Positions 11,911 through 25,149 of a DNA stretch of 64,000 nt are shown here, in pieces (positions within the stretch are counted from its first letter, which is position 1; each line of letters starts with the position of its first letter). The stretch comes from Hypanus sabinus (taxonomy: Eukaryota), in the NCBI RefSeq assembly GCF_030144855.1, contig NC_082712.1, forward strand, positions 136,958,001 to 137,022,000, read 5' to 3'. The position numbers were made by a program, and so were the translations under genes. Under the pieces are notes generated by a model. It saw only the letters and a program-made list of their open reading frames with translations, was not told where the DNA came from and ran no database searches.

Positions 11911-12869
11911 CGGAAAAAATGGTAGATTTGTTTTTCTTGTCATATGGGCTGAGGTACACTGAAAGCACTTGTCTTGCATACCGTCCATACAAATCAATTC
12001 ATCACAACAGTGCGAGATAAAACAACCCGTTGAAGGAGCTGAGCGTCTCACTTGGCATCTGTAAATGAAAGCAGACAGTCGACGTTCCGGATCGAGACCT
12101 ATCATCTGGACTGTCCATTTCCCTCAGCTGATGATGCCTGATCTGCAGTATTCCTCCAACTGGAATACCTGTATACCAAGCTGCAGATACCAGCTTAAAT
12201 TTGAAGGCTCTTGTGCCTTCATATTTAAATTGAGCCATGGAACCGGGGGCTGGGGGATTTGAAGGGGTTCACAACAAACATCACGCGATGAGTCAGATTC
12301 CTTATTATTTCCAAGTCGTTGAATAGCAGATTAATGTCGTTTTACTGTAGTGAGCTTATTGGAGCTGGAGGTTGACACGTTCCTGAGGTGCTGATAGGTG
12401 TCATGCTGGAGTATTAGACTAAGTGGATCGTGGCCGTGTAGGTGTAATTAATAAAACAACATACTAGAAATATTTATTAAGTCAAGCCTCATGGATGGGA
12501 AGAGAAACAGATTTATCATTTAGGTTGAAGGCCCTTCTTCAATGACCCCAGTTTTACACCATGGAAGACCTCACCCACTCTCTCTGCAGCTTAACAGTCA
12601 TTTTTCCTTCCTGTTTCTGATGAAAGATCTTCAATATGAAGCATCCTTTTGTTTCTCTTCCACAGATGTCACCTGACCTGTTGAGTATTTCCAGTGTTTT
12701 CTGTTTTTATTTTAGTTTTCCATTGTCTGCAATTTTGCTTTAATTAAGATTTTCAGAGATTGTAACTATATTGGTTTTAATTTTCCCAAATTCCCTGGAA
12801 TCAAGAGAAGTTCCATTGGGTTGAGAAATAAAAAAAAAATCCAACTCCTTATTTCCAAAAGGGAGATGC

Positions 12870-14200
12870 AAAGACAGAAACTCTGGGCTAGCTTGACGTC
12901 TGACACAGGGAAGTTATTAAATGGAGAAACTATTATTAAATGTTCCAGCACACCATGAGATAAATGCAGCAATTTTAAGAAAAGTCAGCGTGTTTCTGTG
13001 AAAGGAAAATTATGTTCAACCAGTTCATTGGAATTCTTTGATCTCTGGATAATGAGGAATTATTTGTTTTTATTTATCTCGAGATACAGTGGGGAGCTGG
13101 CCCTTCTGGCCCACTGAGCTGTGCTGACCAGCAATCCACTGATTTAACCCCTAGCCTAATCACAGCACAATTTACAATGAACTATTAATCTACTAACTCT
13201 TTGGCTGTAGGGGGAAACTAGAACACCTGGAGGAAACTCATGCGCACTTGGGAAGAATATACTGTACAGACTTTTTTTGCAGAGGACACCGGAATTGAAC
13301 TCAGAACTCTGATGCCCCGAGCTGTAACAGTGTCCTGCTAACTGCAATGCTACTCGATATACAATATTGTGCTTATACTTTCCAGGACACTTTTGAAGTG
13401 TTATTATTGAAAATAAAAGATAATGATGCATGTGGTTATATTGACTTGGATGGAAGATTGGCTGGCTAACAGGAAAATGGGTAGACTATGTAACTAGGTA
13501 TTTTTCTATTTGGAAATATACAGAGAGAGGAGTGTTACATGGACTTTTACTAAGGCCTCAGCTTTTCATACAACAGAAGGTGTAGTTGCTAAATTTGCTT
13601 CTGACACAAAGGCACAAAAAATCATTGTAAAGAAGTCAAAAAGAGGCTATAAATTGATGCAGATAGATTAAGTGATAATTATTAATCTGGCGAAGGGAGA
13701 CAATGTTAAAATATTTAAATGTCAGTATGAAAAGAAGCATAATGAGAGATTGCAGAGCTGAGGGATAAATATGCTGGATGTGCATGAATCCCAACCAATT
13801 TGTATTCAGTTGCAACAAATTCTGGAAAGCTTACAGAATATTATTTTTTTTATTAATAGAGGAAATTACATACCAAAGTAGAGAGGTTATGTTTTAGCTA
13901 GATGATGCTTTAGTCATCTGGAGAACTTGTACAGTACTGGTCTCCTTAGTTAGGGGAATATATTGATATAATGGAAGCAGTTCAGACAAAATTTACTAAA
14001 CTGATTCTGGAATAAGAGGGTTGAAGAAAGGTTAGATAGTCTGAGATAGTATCCGCTGACACTTACAAGAATGGGGGACTTCATTTAAAGAAAGAAAATC
14101 CTGAGGATTTTCATAGGATGAATAGAGGCTTCCTCATATGGAAGAATATAAACTATTATAAACACAGTTAAAAATAAAAGGATGGCTAAACAGAGCATGT
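12870..14200 (+). mobile_element. Old CR1-like LINE remnants interrupted by a minus-strand SINE (~13065-13355)
   Basis: Degenerate CR1 RT motifs (ggaagattggctggctaacaggaaa = WLANR; ctaaatttgcttctgacacaaa = KFA.DT; cagtactggtctcc). Confidence 0.55.
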
Positions 14201-15289
14201 ACATGCTGGAAATGCTTCATTTTGCATCCCAGGCTGGGAATTCACCACTTCCTCAAAGTTGCCAGCCTCTGATTCTTCGTGATAAATTCTACTCTATTGC
14301 TGCAAATTTTACAAAATGAAATGATGGGGCTAACATTGTTTTTGATCTCCACCATCAAACATTAGACAATCTCTCAGTGTCTGTCTCCATTTATCATTCA
14401 TCTGCCCCAGTCTTTCAATTCCACCACTGCTTCCCTCCCCTACCTGGCACTACCTGCCTGTCAATTTATACCCCTCAGGTGCAGGGATCACTTTGGAGTC
14501 CATTCAGGTCACTCCCCTTACCCTCTCCATGCTGGACATCTCACCTCTCCATTCTGAATCTTGGTGTAGGTTTCCGACCAGAAACATAGATAATTTCCTT
14601 CTTTCCACCGATGCTGCCAAACATGCCGAATTCCTCCAGCAGACTGTATGTTGCTGATCCAGCATCTGCAGTCTCTTGTTTTTCCAATCTGCCACTGGGT
14701 GTCACTTTTTTTTTGCAATTTAAATGTTTCTTAAAAGTATGGCTTAAGTCTGGATTAACAACAATGTTGTATTTTAAGTATAATTAAAATTAATATAAAC
14801 ATGATTGTATCATTAACTTGTAAGGAAAATGCATGATTTTTAAAAAAGAAAACATTTGAGCATAGTTTATTTTAATGATTACCAGATACTTGAAAGGAGC
14901 AATGCAAGAAAACCTTTCCTTGCTGCTTCCCATGCATTTTTGCCCCCAGTGAGTGGTAGCTAGAGCTGGTAGTACATCAACAATGATTTGCTACTTCAAG
15001 GCCCTTTTAACAGAGACTTGCATTCATGTCGTACATTCAGCATGCCTCCCAAAGTTGACACTGCTTTACATAAAGTAATATTACATCAGATAAACAAGAG
15101 TCAGGAAGTTTGAAACAGGATAGAGTGGTGGAGATGTTTAGGAAAAGAATTTCAGTTCTCAAGCTTACAACCCGGAGGCTCTGAGATCCACAATTAGGAA
15201 ATGCTTTCTGAGGCTGGTTATGGCATGCAATGCATTAACTGCAGCCTCCTAGAAAAATTTTACCCACTGCCAGATGCCATGTCCTTGGC

Positions 15290-15660
15290 CCTACATCACT
15301 AGAGCATTTCAATGGTAAACACCTACTCTAGACTATTCCTTATTGGTTACAATTCTTTCTTCTATACTATAATTCCAAGCTCACTAATCTCCAAACTCCA
15401 AGATCTGAGACACAACACCTTCTTAAACAACTGAAGCCTCAACTTCCTGACCAACAGACCGCAAGTGGTAAGGTTAGGCAGCGATGCCTCTGCCATGATC
15501 ATCCTCAACACTCGCACACCACAGCCTGCTACTGTGTTCCCTGTACACTCATGTGACCAGTTTATGCTGTAACTCCATCTCTATTTATATACAGGCCTTG
15601 AACAACAGTCCAGTAGCATGCACCATGATCTGTTTATGATCAGAACATCACAAGGTGAAA
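15290..15660 (+). mobile_element. Rex1/L2-type LINE RT fragment
   Basis: ctcaacttcctgaccaacagaccgcaagtggtaagg...atcctcaacact corresponds to the FLTNRPQ.VR...LNTG RT motif. Confidence 0.5.
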
Positions 15661-16409
15661 ACACGTGACCTCATGTGCCTTCAAAGTTTACGATATGTGG
15701 CGAGAGAGCAATAGAGTGACTTGATCCTCATGATGAGGACCACTTACCTGAGGCAGATGCACCTATTCAAGAATCTCCATCTGCTGCAATACTTCCAGGA
15801 ACCTATATCGGATTGGGTTGTTTATTTGTCCCACCACGGTGATATATCCATAGCCTAATAGCTTAGAGCAAGTGACTAAAGAGGCAGAATAATCCTCTCA
15901 CTTTGCCAGAGCATGCAGGTAGTCTACCCTGACCTCCATTAGATTTAGTGGTTTTTTGGTGAGTTGTAATGTTGAAAACATTTCAAAAAAATGAGACTGC
16001 TCTTAAACCAAAGGGGAATTGGTGAAAAAGGGAGGAATACAGAGAGAGAGAAGTTGTTAACAAAGCAAAAGATTGTCATAATGTTGGCAGTTCTTTTCGA
16101 TGTTTATGTAAGGAGCATAAGTTAGGTGCTATGGGTAAAGTGAACTGAATTATTTAGTAAATCAGTGTCTATAATTTCAATGCAGTTCTATAGGTAAAAA
16201 GTGCATACGTAGTTTTTTTTCAAGAAGGGGAGATGTAGCAGTAGTAAATAGTAGTATTCCTATACCACTTCCACGTGAGAGGAGTTCACATACTGAACAA
16301 GCTCGGATAACAAACATCAGTTGAGTATTCTACAGACTGTCATCCTGGTGTGCTCTGCACTGTCCCTCAATAACAAACACAACAGGTCACACAGCATCTA
16401 GAGTTTTGT

Positions 16410-17900
16410 GAGTAGTTTTGTGCCTCTTATTTAAATGACCCCAAAGAAAAGATATGTTGCACTGGGGAGAGTCCAGAGGAGGTTCATGAGAATATCCTGG
16501 GAGTGAACGAAAGGATCAACACATGTGGAGCATTTGTTGACACTAGACCTGTACTCACTGAAGTTTAACTGAATGAGGGGAGAATATTGAAGTTCCAAAT
16601 AGAGTGATGTTGATTGTATGTTTCATTGGAGTCATAGGACACTACAGCATAGAAACTGACTGGATGGGCCAAAGGTTCTATGTCAAAACCTTAATCTACC
16701 TAATCCCATTTAACTGTCCCTGGACCATAGCCCTCCATACCCATCATCCAAGTACCTATCCAAATTTCTTTTAGATGTTGAAATCAAACCCCCATCCATG
16801 CATTGTGCTGGCAGCTCATTCCACACTCGTACAATCCTTCCTGTGAAAAAGTTCCCCCCTCATGTTCCACTTAAAACATTTAACCTTTCACACTTAACAC
16901 ATGACCTCTAGTTGTCATCTCACATGATCACAGTGGAAAAGGTGTGCTTGCATTTGCTTATTTATACTTCTCATAACTTTCTATATCTCTATCAAATCTC
17001 TGCTCAATCTTCTACATTCTCGGGAACAAAGTTCCAGTCTATTCAACCTCTCTGTATAACTCAGGTTATCAAGTCCAAAAATATCCTCGAAAATCTTCTC
17101 TACACTATTTCAATCTTATTTACATCTTTTCTGTAGGCAGGTACGCAGTACTCCAATCTGCACATAATACTCCAAATCTGGTGTCTGATACAATTTCAAC
17201 GTAACATCCCAACTCCTGTACTCAAATACATTGATCTATGAAGGTAAATGTGCCAAAAGCTTTCTTTATAACCCTATTTATTATGGATCTTTATTCCCCA
17301 GATTCCTCACTTCTACAATACTCCTCAGTGCCCTACTGCTCACCGTGTAAAATCTACCCTAGCTACTCCTTCAAAAGTAATATACCTCACACTATGGATG
17401 TACTGTGGAGAACATTCCGACAGGCTGCATCACTGTTTGGTACGGGGCAGGACCGAAAGAGACTAAAGAGGGTTGTAAATTTAGTCGGCTCCATCTTGCG
17501 TACTAGCCTACAAAGTACCCAGGAGAACAGTGTCTCAGAAAGGCAGCATCCGTTATGTCCAGCACCCAGGACATGCCTTTTTCTCTCTGTTACCATCAGG
17601 TAGGAGGTACAGAAGCCTAAAGGCACACATTCAGTGATTCAGGGTCAGCTTCTTCCCATCTGCCATCCAATGCCTAAATGGACATTAAATCCTTGAATAC
17701 TACCTCACTTTTGAAACATATTATTTCTGTTTTATGCATGATTTTTAATTCATTCAATATATGTATTCTGTATGTTATTTATTTATTATTTTTTTCTTCT
17801 TCTTCTTCTATGTTATGTATTGCATTGAACTGCTGCTGCCTCATTAACAAATTTCACAACACATGCCGGTGATAATAAACCTGATTCAGATTCTGATTCT
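16410..17900. mobile_element. Patchwork of CR1 fragments and a Rex/L2-type LINE 3' end with (GATTCT)n tail
   Basis: CR1-type coding and tail pieces in both orientations at 16410-17390. A LINE 3' end at 17390-17900 finishes with aataaacctgattcagattctgattct. Confidence 0.5.
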
Positions 17901-17975
17901 TGTTTGCTTTAATTCTTTCTGCCATTTCTCAACCACTTTTCCAAATGGGCCAAATCCTGCTGCAAACTTTGATAG

Positions 17976-18192
17976 TGTGTTGAACTACATATACCTGTCT
18001 GGACACGCCCCTCTGCTGACTGCTCCTGTGGCTCCTCCCACAGACCCCTGTATAAAGGCGATTGGAGGCACTGCTCCTCCCTCAGTCTCCAAGATGCTGT
18101 GTGGTGGTCTCTTGCTGCTAATCGTGGTCTCTTGCAGCTAATAAAAGCCTATTGTTCGCCTCCCGTCTCCAAGAGTTATTGATGGTGCATCA
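17976..18192 (+). mobile_element. Very short (217 bp) solo LTR, 5-bp TSD GATAG
   Basis: TGTGTTG...GCATCA with gatag at 17971-17975 and 18193-18197. Internal TATAAA (~18050) precedes AATAAA (~18140). Confidence 0.8.
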
Positions 18193-18197
18193 GATAG

Positions 18198-18844
18198 TCA
18201 CTTCCCAATCTTGATGTCATCCACAAATTTGCTGATCTAGCTTACCATGTTACTATCCAGGTTATTGATATAGGTGTCAAACAACAAGGGGACCAGCACC
18301 GATCTCTGCAACACACCACTAGTCACGGGCTTCCAGTCAAAGAGGCAACCATCTGCAACCACTCTCTGCCTTCCCCCATGAAGTTAATGTCTAATCTAAT
18401 TTACTACCTCATCTTGAATGCCAAATGACTGAACCTTGTTGCCCAACCTCCCATTTGGGAACTTGTCAAAGGCCTTGCTAAAATCCATGTAGACAGTATC
18501 CACCAACTTGCCTTCATCAACTTTCCTGGTAACTTCCTCCATGTTGACGTTCCTTAATCAGTCCCTGTCTATCCATATACTTATATATCCAGTCCCTTCA
18601 AGTAACTTTCAATAACTTTACCACTACTGAAGTCAGGCACACAGGCCTATAATTTCTTGGCTTATACTTAGAGCCTGTCCTAACAATGGAACAGCATCAG
18701 CTCATCTACAATCCTCTGCCACCCAACTCATGGCTAAGATGATTTCAATATCTCCATTAAGACCCCTGCAGTTTTGGTACTAGTCTCCCACAGGGTCCGA
18801 GGGAGCACTTTGTCAGGCCTTGGGGATTTATCCACCTGGTCTGC
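18198..18844 (-). mobile_element. CR1-like RT fragment, older, reverse orientation
   Basis: Reverse-strand RT motifs (tcatccacaaatttgctgat = ISKF.DD; accagcaccgatc...acaccactag = SGV..GSVL). Confidence 0.55.
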
Positions 18845-20185
18845 ATCCCAGAGTGCTTAAGGAGTAGCCCAAGAAATAGTGGATATATTAGTGATAATTT
18901 TGCAAAACTATTTAGATTCTGGATTAGTTCCTGAGGATTGGAGGGTGGCTAATGTAACCCCACTTTTTAAAAAGGGAGGGAGAAAGAAACCGGGGAATTA
19001 TAGACCGGTTAGCCTGACATTGGTGGTGTGGCAAATGCTAGAGTTGGTTATCAAAGATGTGATAACAGCACATTTGGAAAGCGGTGAAATCATCGGACAA
19101 AGTCAGCATGGATTTGTGAAAGGAAAATCATGTCTGATGAATCTTATATAATTTTTTGAGGATGTAGCTAGTAGAGTGGGTAGGGGAGAACCCATGGATG
19201 TGGTATATTTGGATTTTCAAAAGGCTTTTGACAAGGTCCCTCACAGGAGATTAGTGTGCAAACTTAAAGCACACAGTATTGGGGGTATGGTATTGATGTG
19301 GATGGAGAATTGGTTGGCAGACAGGAAGCAAAGAGTGGGAATAAACGGGACCTTTTCAGAATGGCAGGCAGTGGCAGGCTCAGTGCTGGGACCCCAGTTG
19401 TTTACAATATATATTAATGATTTAGATGAGAGAATTAAATGCAGCATCTCCAAGTTTGCAGAAGACATGAAGCTGGGCGGCAGTAAGGAAGATGCTAAGA
19501 GGATGCAGGTTGACTTGGATAGGTTAGGTGAGTGGGCAAATTCATGGCAGATGCAATTTAATGTGGATAAATGTAAGGTTATCCACTTTGGAACAGGGGA
19601 GGTGCAGCGAGACCTGGATGTCATTGTACACCAGTCATTGAAAATGGGCATGCAGGTACAGCAGGCTGAGAAAAAGGCAATTGGTATGTTGGCATTCATA
19701 GCAAGAGGATTCGAGTACAGGAGCAGAGAGGTTCTACTGCAGTTGTACAAGGCCTTGGTGAGACCACACCTGGAGTATTGTGTGCAGTTTTGGTCCCCTA
19801 AGACATTCTTGCCATAGAGGGAGTACAAAGAAGGTTCAGCAGATTGATTCCTGGGATGGCAGGACTTTCATATGAAGAAATACTGGATTGACTGGGCTTA
19901 TACTCACTGGAATTTAGAAGTTTGAGGGGGGATCTTATTGAAACGTATAAAATTCTAAAGGGTTTGGACAGGCTAGATGCAGGAAGATTGTTCCCGATGC
20001 TGGGGAAGTCCAGAACAAGGGGTCACAGTTTAAGGATAAAGGGGAAGCCTCTTAGGACCGAGATGAGGAAAAATTTCTTAACACAGAGAGTGGTGAATCT
20101 GTGGAATTCTCTGCCACAGGAAACAGTTGAGGCCAGTTCATTGGCTATATTTAAGAGGGAGTTAGATATGGCCCTTGTGGCTAAA
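18845..20185 (+). mobile_element. CR1 LINE ORF2 (reverse transcriptase) 3' half
   Basis: ORFs 18879-19151, 19176-19817 and 19922-20206 contain DWRVANVTPLFKKG, YLDFQKAFDKVPH, GSVLGPQLFTIYINDLD, SKFAED and LVRPHLEYCVQFWSP. Interrupted by stops and deletions. Confidence 0.9.
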
Positions 20186-21391
20186 AATGTGCCTCCTTTG
20201 TTGTGACTTGCCGATACCTGCTATGCATCTCCTTTTTCTTAACCAGAACCTTAATATCTCTCAAAACAAGGTTCCCTAAATCTGTTATCCATGTTTTTTA
20301 TTCTGACAGGAACATAGAAACTCTATATTCTCAAAATTCACTTTTGAAGGCCCCCCACTTATAAAGTACACCATTGCCAGGAAACAATGTGTCCAAGTCC
20401 ACACTTGTCAGGTCCTTTCTGATACCATCAAAATTGGTCTTTAGATGATACCATCAAAATTGGTCTTTAGATAATACCATCAAGATTTTGAACCTTAACC
20501 TGAGGACCAGATCAATCCTTTTCTATAATTACAACTTAACTTCTTTCATGACAAATCTCCAACATCACAACTTTTAAACAAAGTAAATCTCATTCAATCA
20601 CTTATCAAAGTCTTTGCAAAAATAATCAGTTCTTCCAGATAAATCAACTTCAGATCCATTGAATGAAAAATAAACATATACATCCAACCATTTAAATACC
20701 TGACGTATTGAAACATTTCACGCCTGCTCTGATTCTTCGATCTTGGGTGGTTTGCCAATTTCTTGGTTTATTGGATGAAATAGTGGGTCATCCACAGAAT
20801 GTCAATTCTCAATACTTGCACTCAAAAAACCTGACCAGATCTCTCGTTATGATTTAACAGACCTAATTCCTGTTTACACTGTAGAGATTGTGGACACTAC
20901 TTCCTAACAATATCATCTCACTATAGTCATAGCTTCAATAAATTTGTTATCAATACCATTTCTCCTCCATGGGTTTCACACTGATGATTTCCCATAAGTA
21001 GGGTAGAGACACTAACTACTAATTCCACCTTTAACAGTTTTTATCTTTAGTTACTTTCTATAGTTGGCTGCATTTCTGTCACCTGTCCAAGCCTCGTTAG
21101 CAATGCCTAGTTCTTGCATAGCCCCTTTTTCAAGTTCTCTTTTTAAAAATTCAGTGAATCTCATCTTCAACCCTTAACAGTTTTCTGACATTACATCTTT
21201 GGGCTTAATTAACCTGAGTTATGCTTATGTTTCCTGCAACAGCTGTGGTCTCTCTACTAATTTGCTCCTCTAAATTCCACAGACTGTTGGGTGATCTACA
21301 ATATAATCCCATTAACTTGGTCATACATTTCTTCTTCCTCAGGTCTACCTATAAGCCTTCGCTAGAAAAGCTATCCAGCCTGTCCTATATC

Positions 21392-22283
21392 TGTCAGGGT
21401 CCGATCCGGAACCGCGTTCTGGGTTTTGACCCGGTCCGGGGGCTCCGGACTCCGGGTCCTGCAGTTGTCCCCCACGTCACCCGTGATCTAGTTAGGACCC
21501 TCCTGGTTCAAGGAGACACACCTGTAACTCATTGAGCTGCAGGTGTATATAAGGGGCCTTGGGACTGGGAGCAGACGGGTGCTCGTTTTGTTCTCTTTCT
21601 CCGTTGGCTCCGAACTAGTCGTTGCATTCTGTTATCCCGCCCGGGCTCAGACCTATTCTTCATCATGCTTCTCTACCTGTACCAGCATTGCCAGGTTGGT
21701 CCGCCCTCCCACCTTTCTTCCCATGCGCTGGTCCCGCTTCTCCGCTCGGTTTTGTTTCGCCCGGTCGCGCTGTCTGCTGGCCGTTTCCGAATTTCCCGTT
21801 GTCATGGCTGTTGGCTTGGTCGCCCTGGACCTATGCCCATTCCTACCCCTTGCCCCTGTCGGCCGACCTGCCTTGGCCCAGCAGTGGTCCTGCCTGCTCC
21901 TATCCCTTGCCTCCGTCGGGTGGCTCCGGCCGATGGGCCGTTGCCCCCTCCTTCTCTCTCCCCCCCCCCCTCCCCGAACTCTGGGATAGTGCCCACACCC
22001 GCCTAGGAGTCCGCGTCGTGCCCAGGCCTCCGGCGTTTCCGCCTGGGAGGCGCCCCTACCCGAGATACATGCGGCCCGCCCAGGGAGGGCTCTCCGCTAG
22101 CCTATCGTCACCTAGACCTGCCTGCCTGAACCGAGGACCTGCCGCCTGCACCTGGACTTCGGGAGCTGCTTCGCCTGCCTGAACCCCAGCTACCCTTGTG
22201 CCATGGCATCCCCATCCTGTCCTCCTCCCCCCCCCCCCAGTACTTCAGTTCTTGCGTTTGGGTCCACATGGCCCCTCTTGACA
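21392..22283 (+). mobile_element. CpG-rich solo LTR (Gypsy-like), 5-bp TSD ATATC/GTATC
   Basis: TGTCAGGGTCCGATCCGGA...CTCTTGACA with TATA-like gtatataa at ~21546 and a 4/5-matching TSD. The start matches the LTR at 39076 (tgttatggtccgatccggag). Confidence 0.8.
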
Positions 22284-25149
22284 GTATCCTATACCCAGCA
22301 GTATTCTGGGAGACTGTCCAGACCGAATGATGCCAAAAAGATGGGCACTTCCTGCTGAACAGTAGATATTGGAATTGCTGTGCTCATGGCTAACACCCCC
22401 CACACCCTCAGAGGACAGGATGGTTGCTGCTATCTGGGGCACATGGTACTGCACATACACCACCTCAACAGCCTGAATGAGCAGGAAGGCCCTGGATGAT
22501 AGTCTTTCCCCTGTACGGTACAACCAGGCTTTCCTGGGAACTGATGCGCATGGTTTCTCTCATGGAGATGCTACCAATGGGACAGCCTCTATTCAAACAT
22601 AGAGGGTGCACTGAGCAGAGTGTCAGCTGAATTGATGGCTGTTCAGATGGTGGCCTTGGACTACCTATTTGCAGTGATAGGTGGCAGCTGTGCTGTGATT
22701 GGTCAGAAATTGCACATGCATCCCTGATGAGTCTGGGAACATCACTCACCTGGCTGATCAAACCCAACAGTCAGTAAATAAGATCAGGACAGTAGGGGGT
22801 CAGGCTTCATAACAACTCCCCAGGTGCAAGTTGGTGGTTTTTGGAGCACTGGGAGGCTGGTGGACTACTGTCACTGGGTAGGAACTGGTTGATTGTTAGT
22901 TTTGGGTATTATTGTGCTATATCTTGTGTATTATAGCGAGGTACCCCCGATGGTTATACAATCCTTTGGGCCGAGCATCAGTGTTGTGGCTTTTGATGGG
23001 TAGAATGACCCCACCCCCTTTGACTGCCAGGAGTCATCCAATAAAGCCCCAGTGTGTAACAATATGGTTGCAAGATAGATTGAGCCATATGGTGTAGAGA
23101 TTTATAAATGGTTGAAATCAAAATCACTGCCATTCAGCCATCAGGACCGCTGCAATCTTGCACTGCTTTGCAAGTCCTATGATATCCTAGCCTTAATGCA
23201 GGTTAAGGCTGACTTTGTCCATGTGCTGCACGGTTGAGTTCTTTGAGTCCAAAGACAGTACTCCTGCATTATACTCAGGACTGTTAGTGACTGTTAACAA
23301 GCCATGTGGAATCTGGAGCAGGTCAGTATAAATGCTCTGCATTCGTTTCAAGAACCAGGTATTCTCTTGAAGAAATCTTCCCAAATTCAAAGTATGCCAA
23401 GTTTAATATTCCTAACAAAGATAACAGTGATTCAATGCAATTTCAATAGTAACATGAAACAGTTCAATATTTTGAGGCTTGCATATTGTTCCATTGATTT
23501 ACATAGGTATTTACAGTACTGTGACTGTCATCTCTGAATATTCAAACACTACTTCTGGCACAGGATATAATCACATGGATAATCTGAAAGCTTCTGAATA
23601 CACATGACCAACATTAATGTTGTGGGGGGTGAATATCTGGGATACATACATTTCAAATGAAAGAACAAATACATCTTTGACTTGCTAAGTGACAAAATAA
23701 GTGGTTTAGAAACTTCTTGATCTCTATCACAATGATGCAAGGTAACAATAAAATTTATCAGCTGCCAATCAATTAACACCCCCAACTCTGTTTAGCTGAT
23801 GCAATGAAAACAACACATGGTCATGCAAATTTGCAAGCCTATTGCTTGAGCACCCTCCTTGCTGGGTCCAGTACCCTGTGTTCTGTACAGTGCTGTTTAT
23901 TCACAAAGCTGTCCTTTGAATTCCAAAAAGATTACTGCTCGCAATTTACATCTCAACAAGTGTTTTTTGAAGACTGATTCTCATTACTGAAGGTTGCCCT
24001 GGGTGTAACAAAACCTCACAGGGATATCACTCAGATCCTCTGCCCAGCTCAGACCTGGTGCAGGATATCACCAACAGCGGAAGTAACTCAGGCAAGTGGC
24101 TGCTTATGCCAGTCAACAATTCACACGTTCAATAACAGCAAATATTTCTCAAGTGCACGAAAATATGAAGCTCAATCTCAAGTTCAAATTTAATTGTCAT
24201 TCTACCATACATGAATACCTATGAATACAACCAAAGGAAATGATGTTCCTCCGGGGCCAAGGTGCAGAACAAAGTAGCAACAGTCATATACAGCACTGGA
24301 GGCAGCACACTATCAGTGGCTGCAACAGGCAGTGGCTGCAACAGGCAACACCTGCTAATATCAAACAACAATTTGTTCACAAATGCCAGATGTAATTGTT
24401 AGGAGGCAGTTACATTCATATACAGAAATTATACCTATAATTTTTTTCTCCCCTGGTCTCAGTGGAAAGTACAGTGAGGTACTCATCCAAACACTTAAAT
24501 TTTTTTACTGTACCAGTATGAAGCTGTCCCTCAGGTCCCTTTTATACTCTTCCCCTCTCACCTTAAACCTGTGCTCTGTAGTTTCTGATTCCTCTGTGTG
24601 CATTGTCCCTTTATTCCCCTCAATAGATGCTGCCCAACTTGCTGAGTTCCTCTAGCATTTGTTGTGTTTCTAGAAAATTTACAAAATTGATCAATGCACC
24701 TGATTAGCTGGGGGCAAAGGGAGGAGAGAGTCATTGTTCGTAAATACACAATAGTAGGTAAAATTTTGTTCAAATGGCACAGGAGTTCAACTGAACTGTA
24801 ATAAATGATTCAGTGGATTTCTCCAGCAGATTGACACAATTAAATCATTGTGGCTTAATGTGTCAGATCAGACAACTCGTATTGTAGACGAGCTCTTGGG
24901 CCACATCTGCTCTCCTCAGTTAATTTCTCCTTACACCTACAACTAAATCACTGTCTGCCTCACAATTACACAACTTTTGTGACTTAAATAAATGATATGT
25001 TAACTCAACTGGATTAATTTATCAATTGTAATTCTGAATGTATACTGAATGGTAAACTGCAAAAGAACAATGAAGTTGACAGTGAATTATTTTATTCTCA
25101 GTTACAATTGAAGCGCCGTCTTCAATTTAAAAAGAGATTCCATGCTCAC

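Larger units (their letters stand above)
8758..12070. repeat. Tandem segmental duplication, copy 2 (enlarged by a minisatellite expansion and a solo LTR)
   Basis: Colinear with 6741-8757. The extra ~1.3 kb is accounted for by 8967-9484 and 9580-10399. Ends ...tgtaaatgaaa at 12070. Confidence 0.9.

Noticed and set aside
18198-20185. Adjacent opposite-orientation CR1 pieces as a single 5'-inverted (twin-primed) insertion
   Set aside because: The two pieces overlap the same RT region and differ greatly in divergence, so independent insertions are more likely. No shared TSD was found.
21543-22182. Overlapping 113-186 aa ORFs in the GC-rich segment, which could also be read as a host CpG-island promoter
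   Set aside because: The segment is bounded by TG...CA and a TSD (solo LTR). The open frames reflect high GC content.
23193-23390. 65-aa ORF as a possible terminal cytoplasmic exon
   Set aside because: There is no recognisable motif or convincing acceptor in the required phase.
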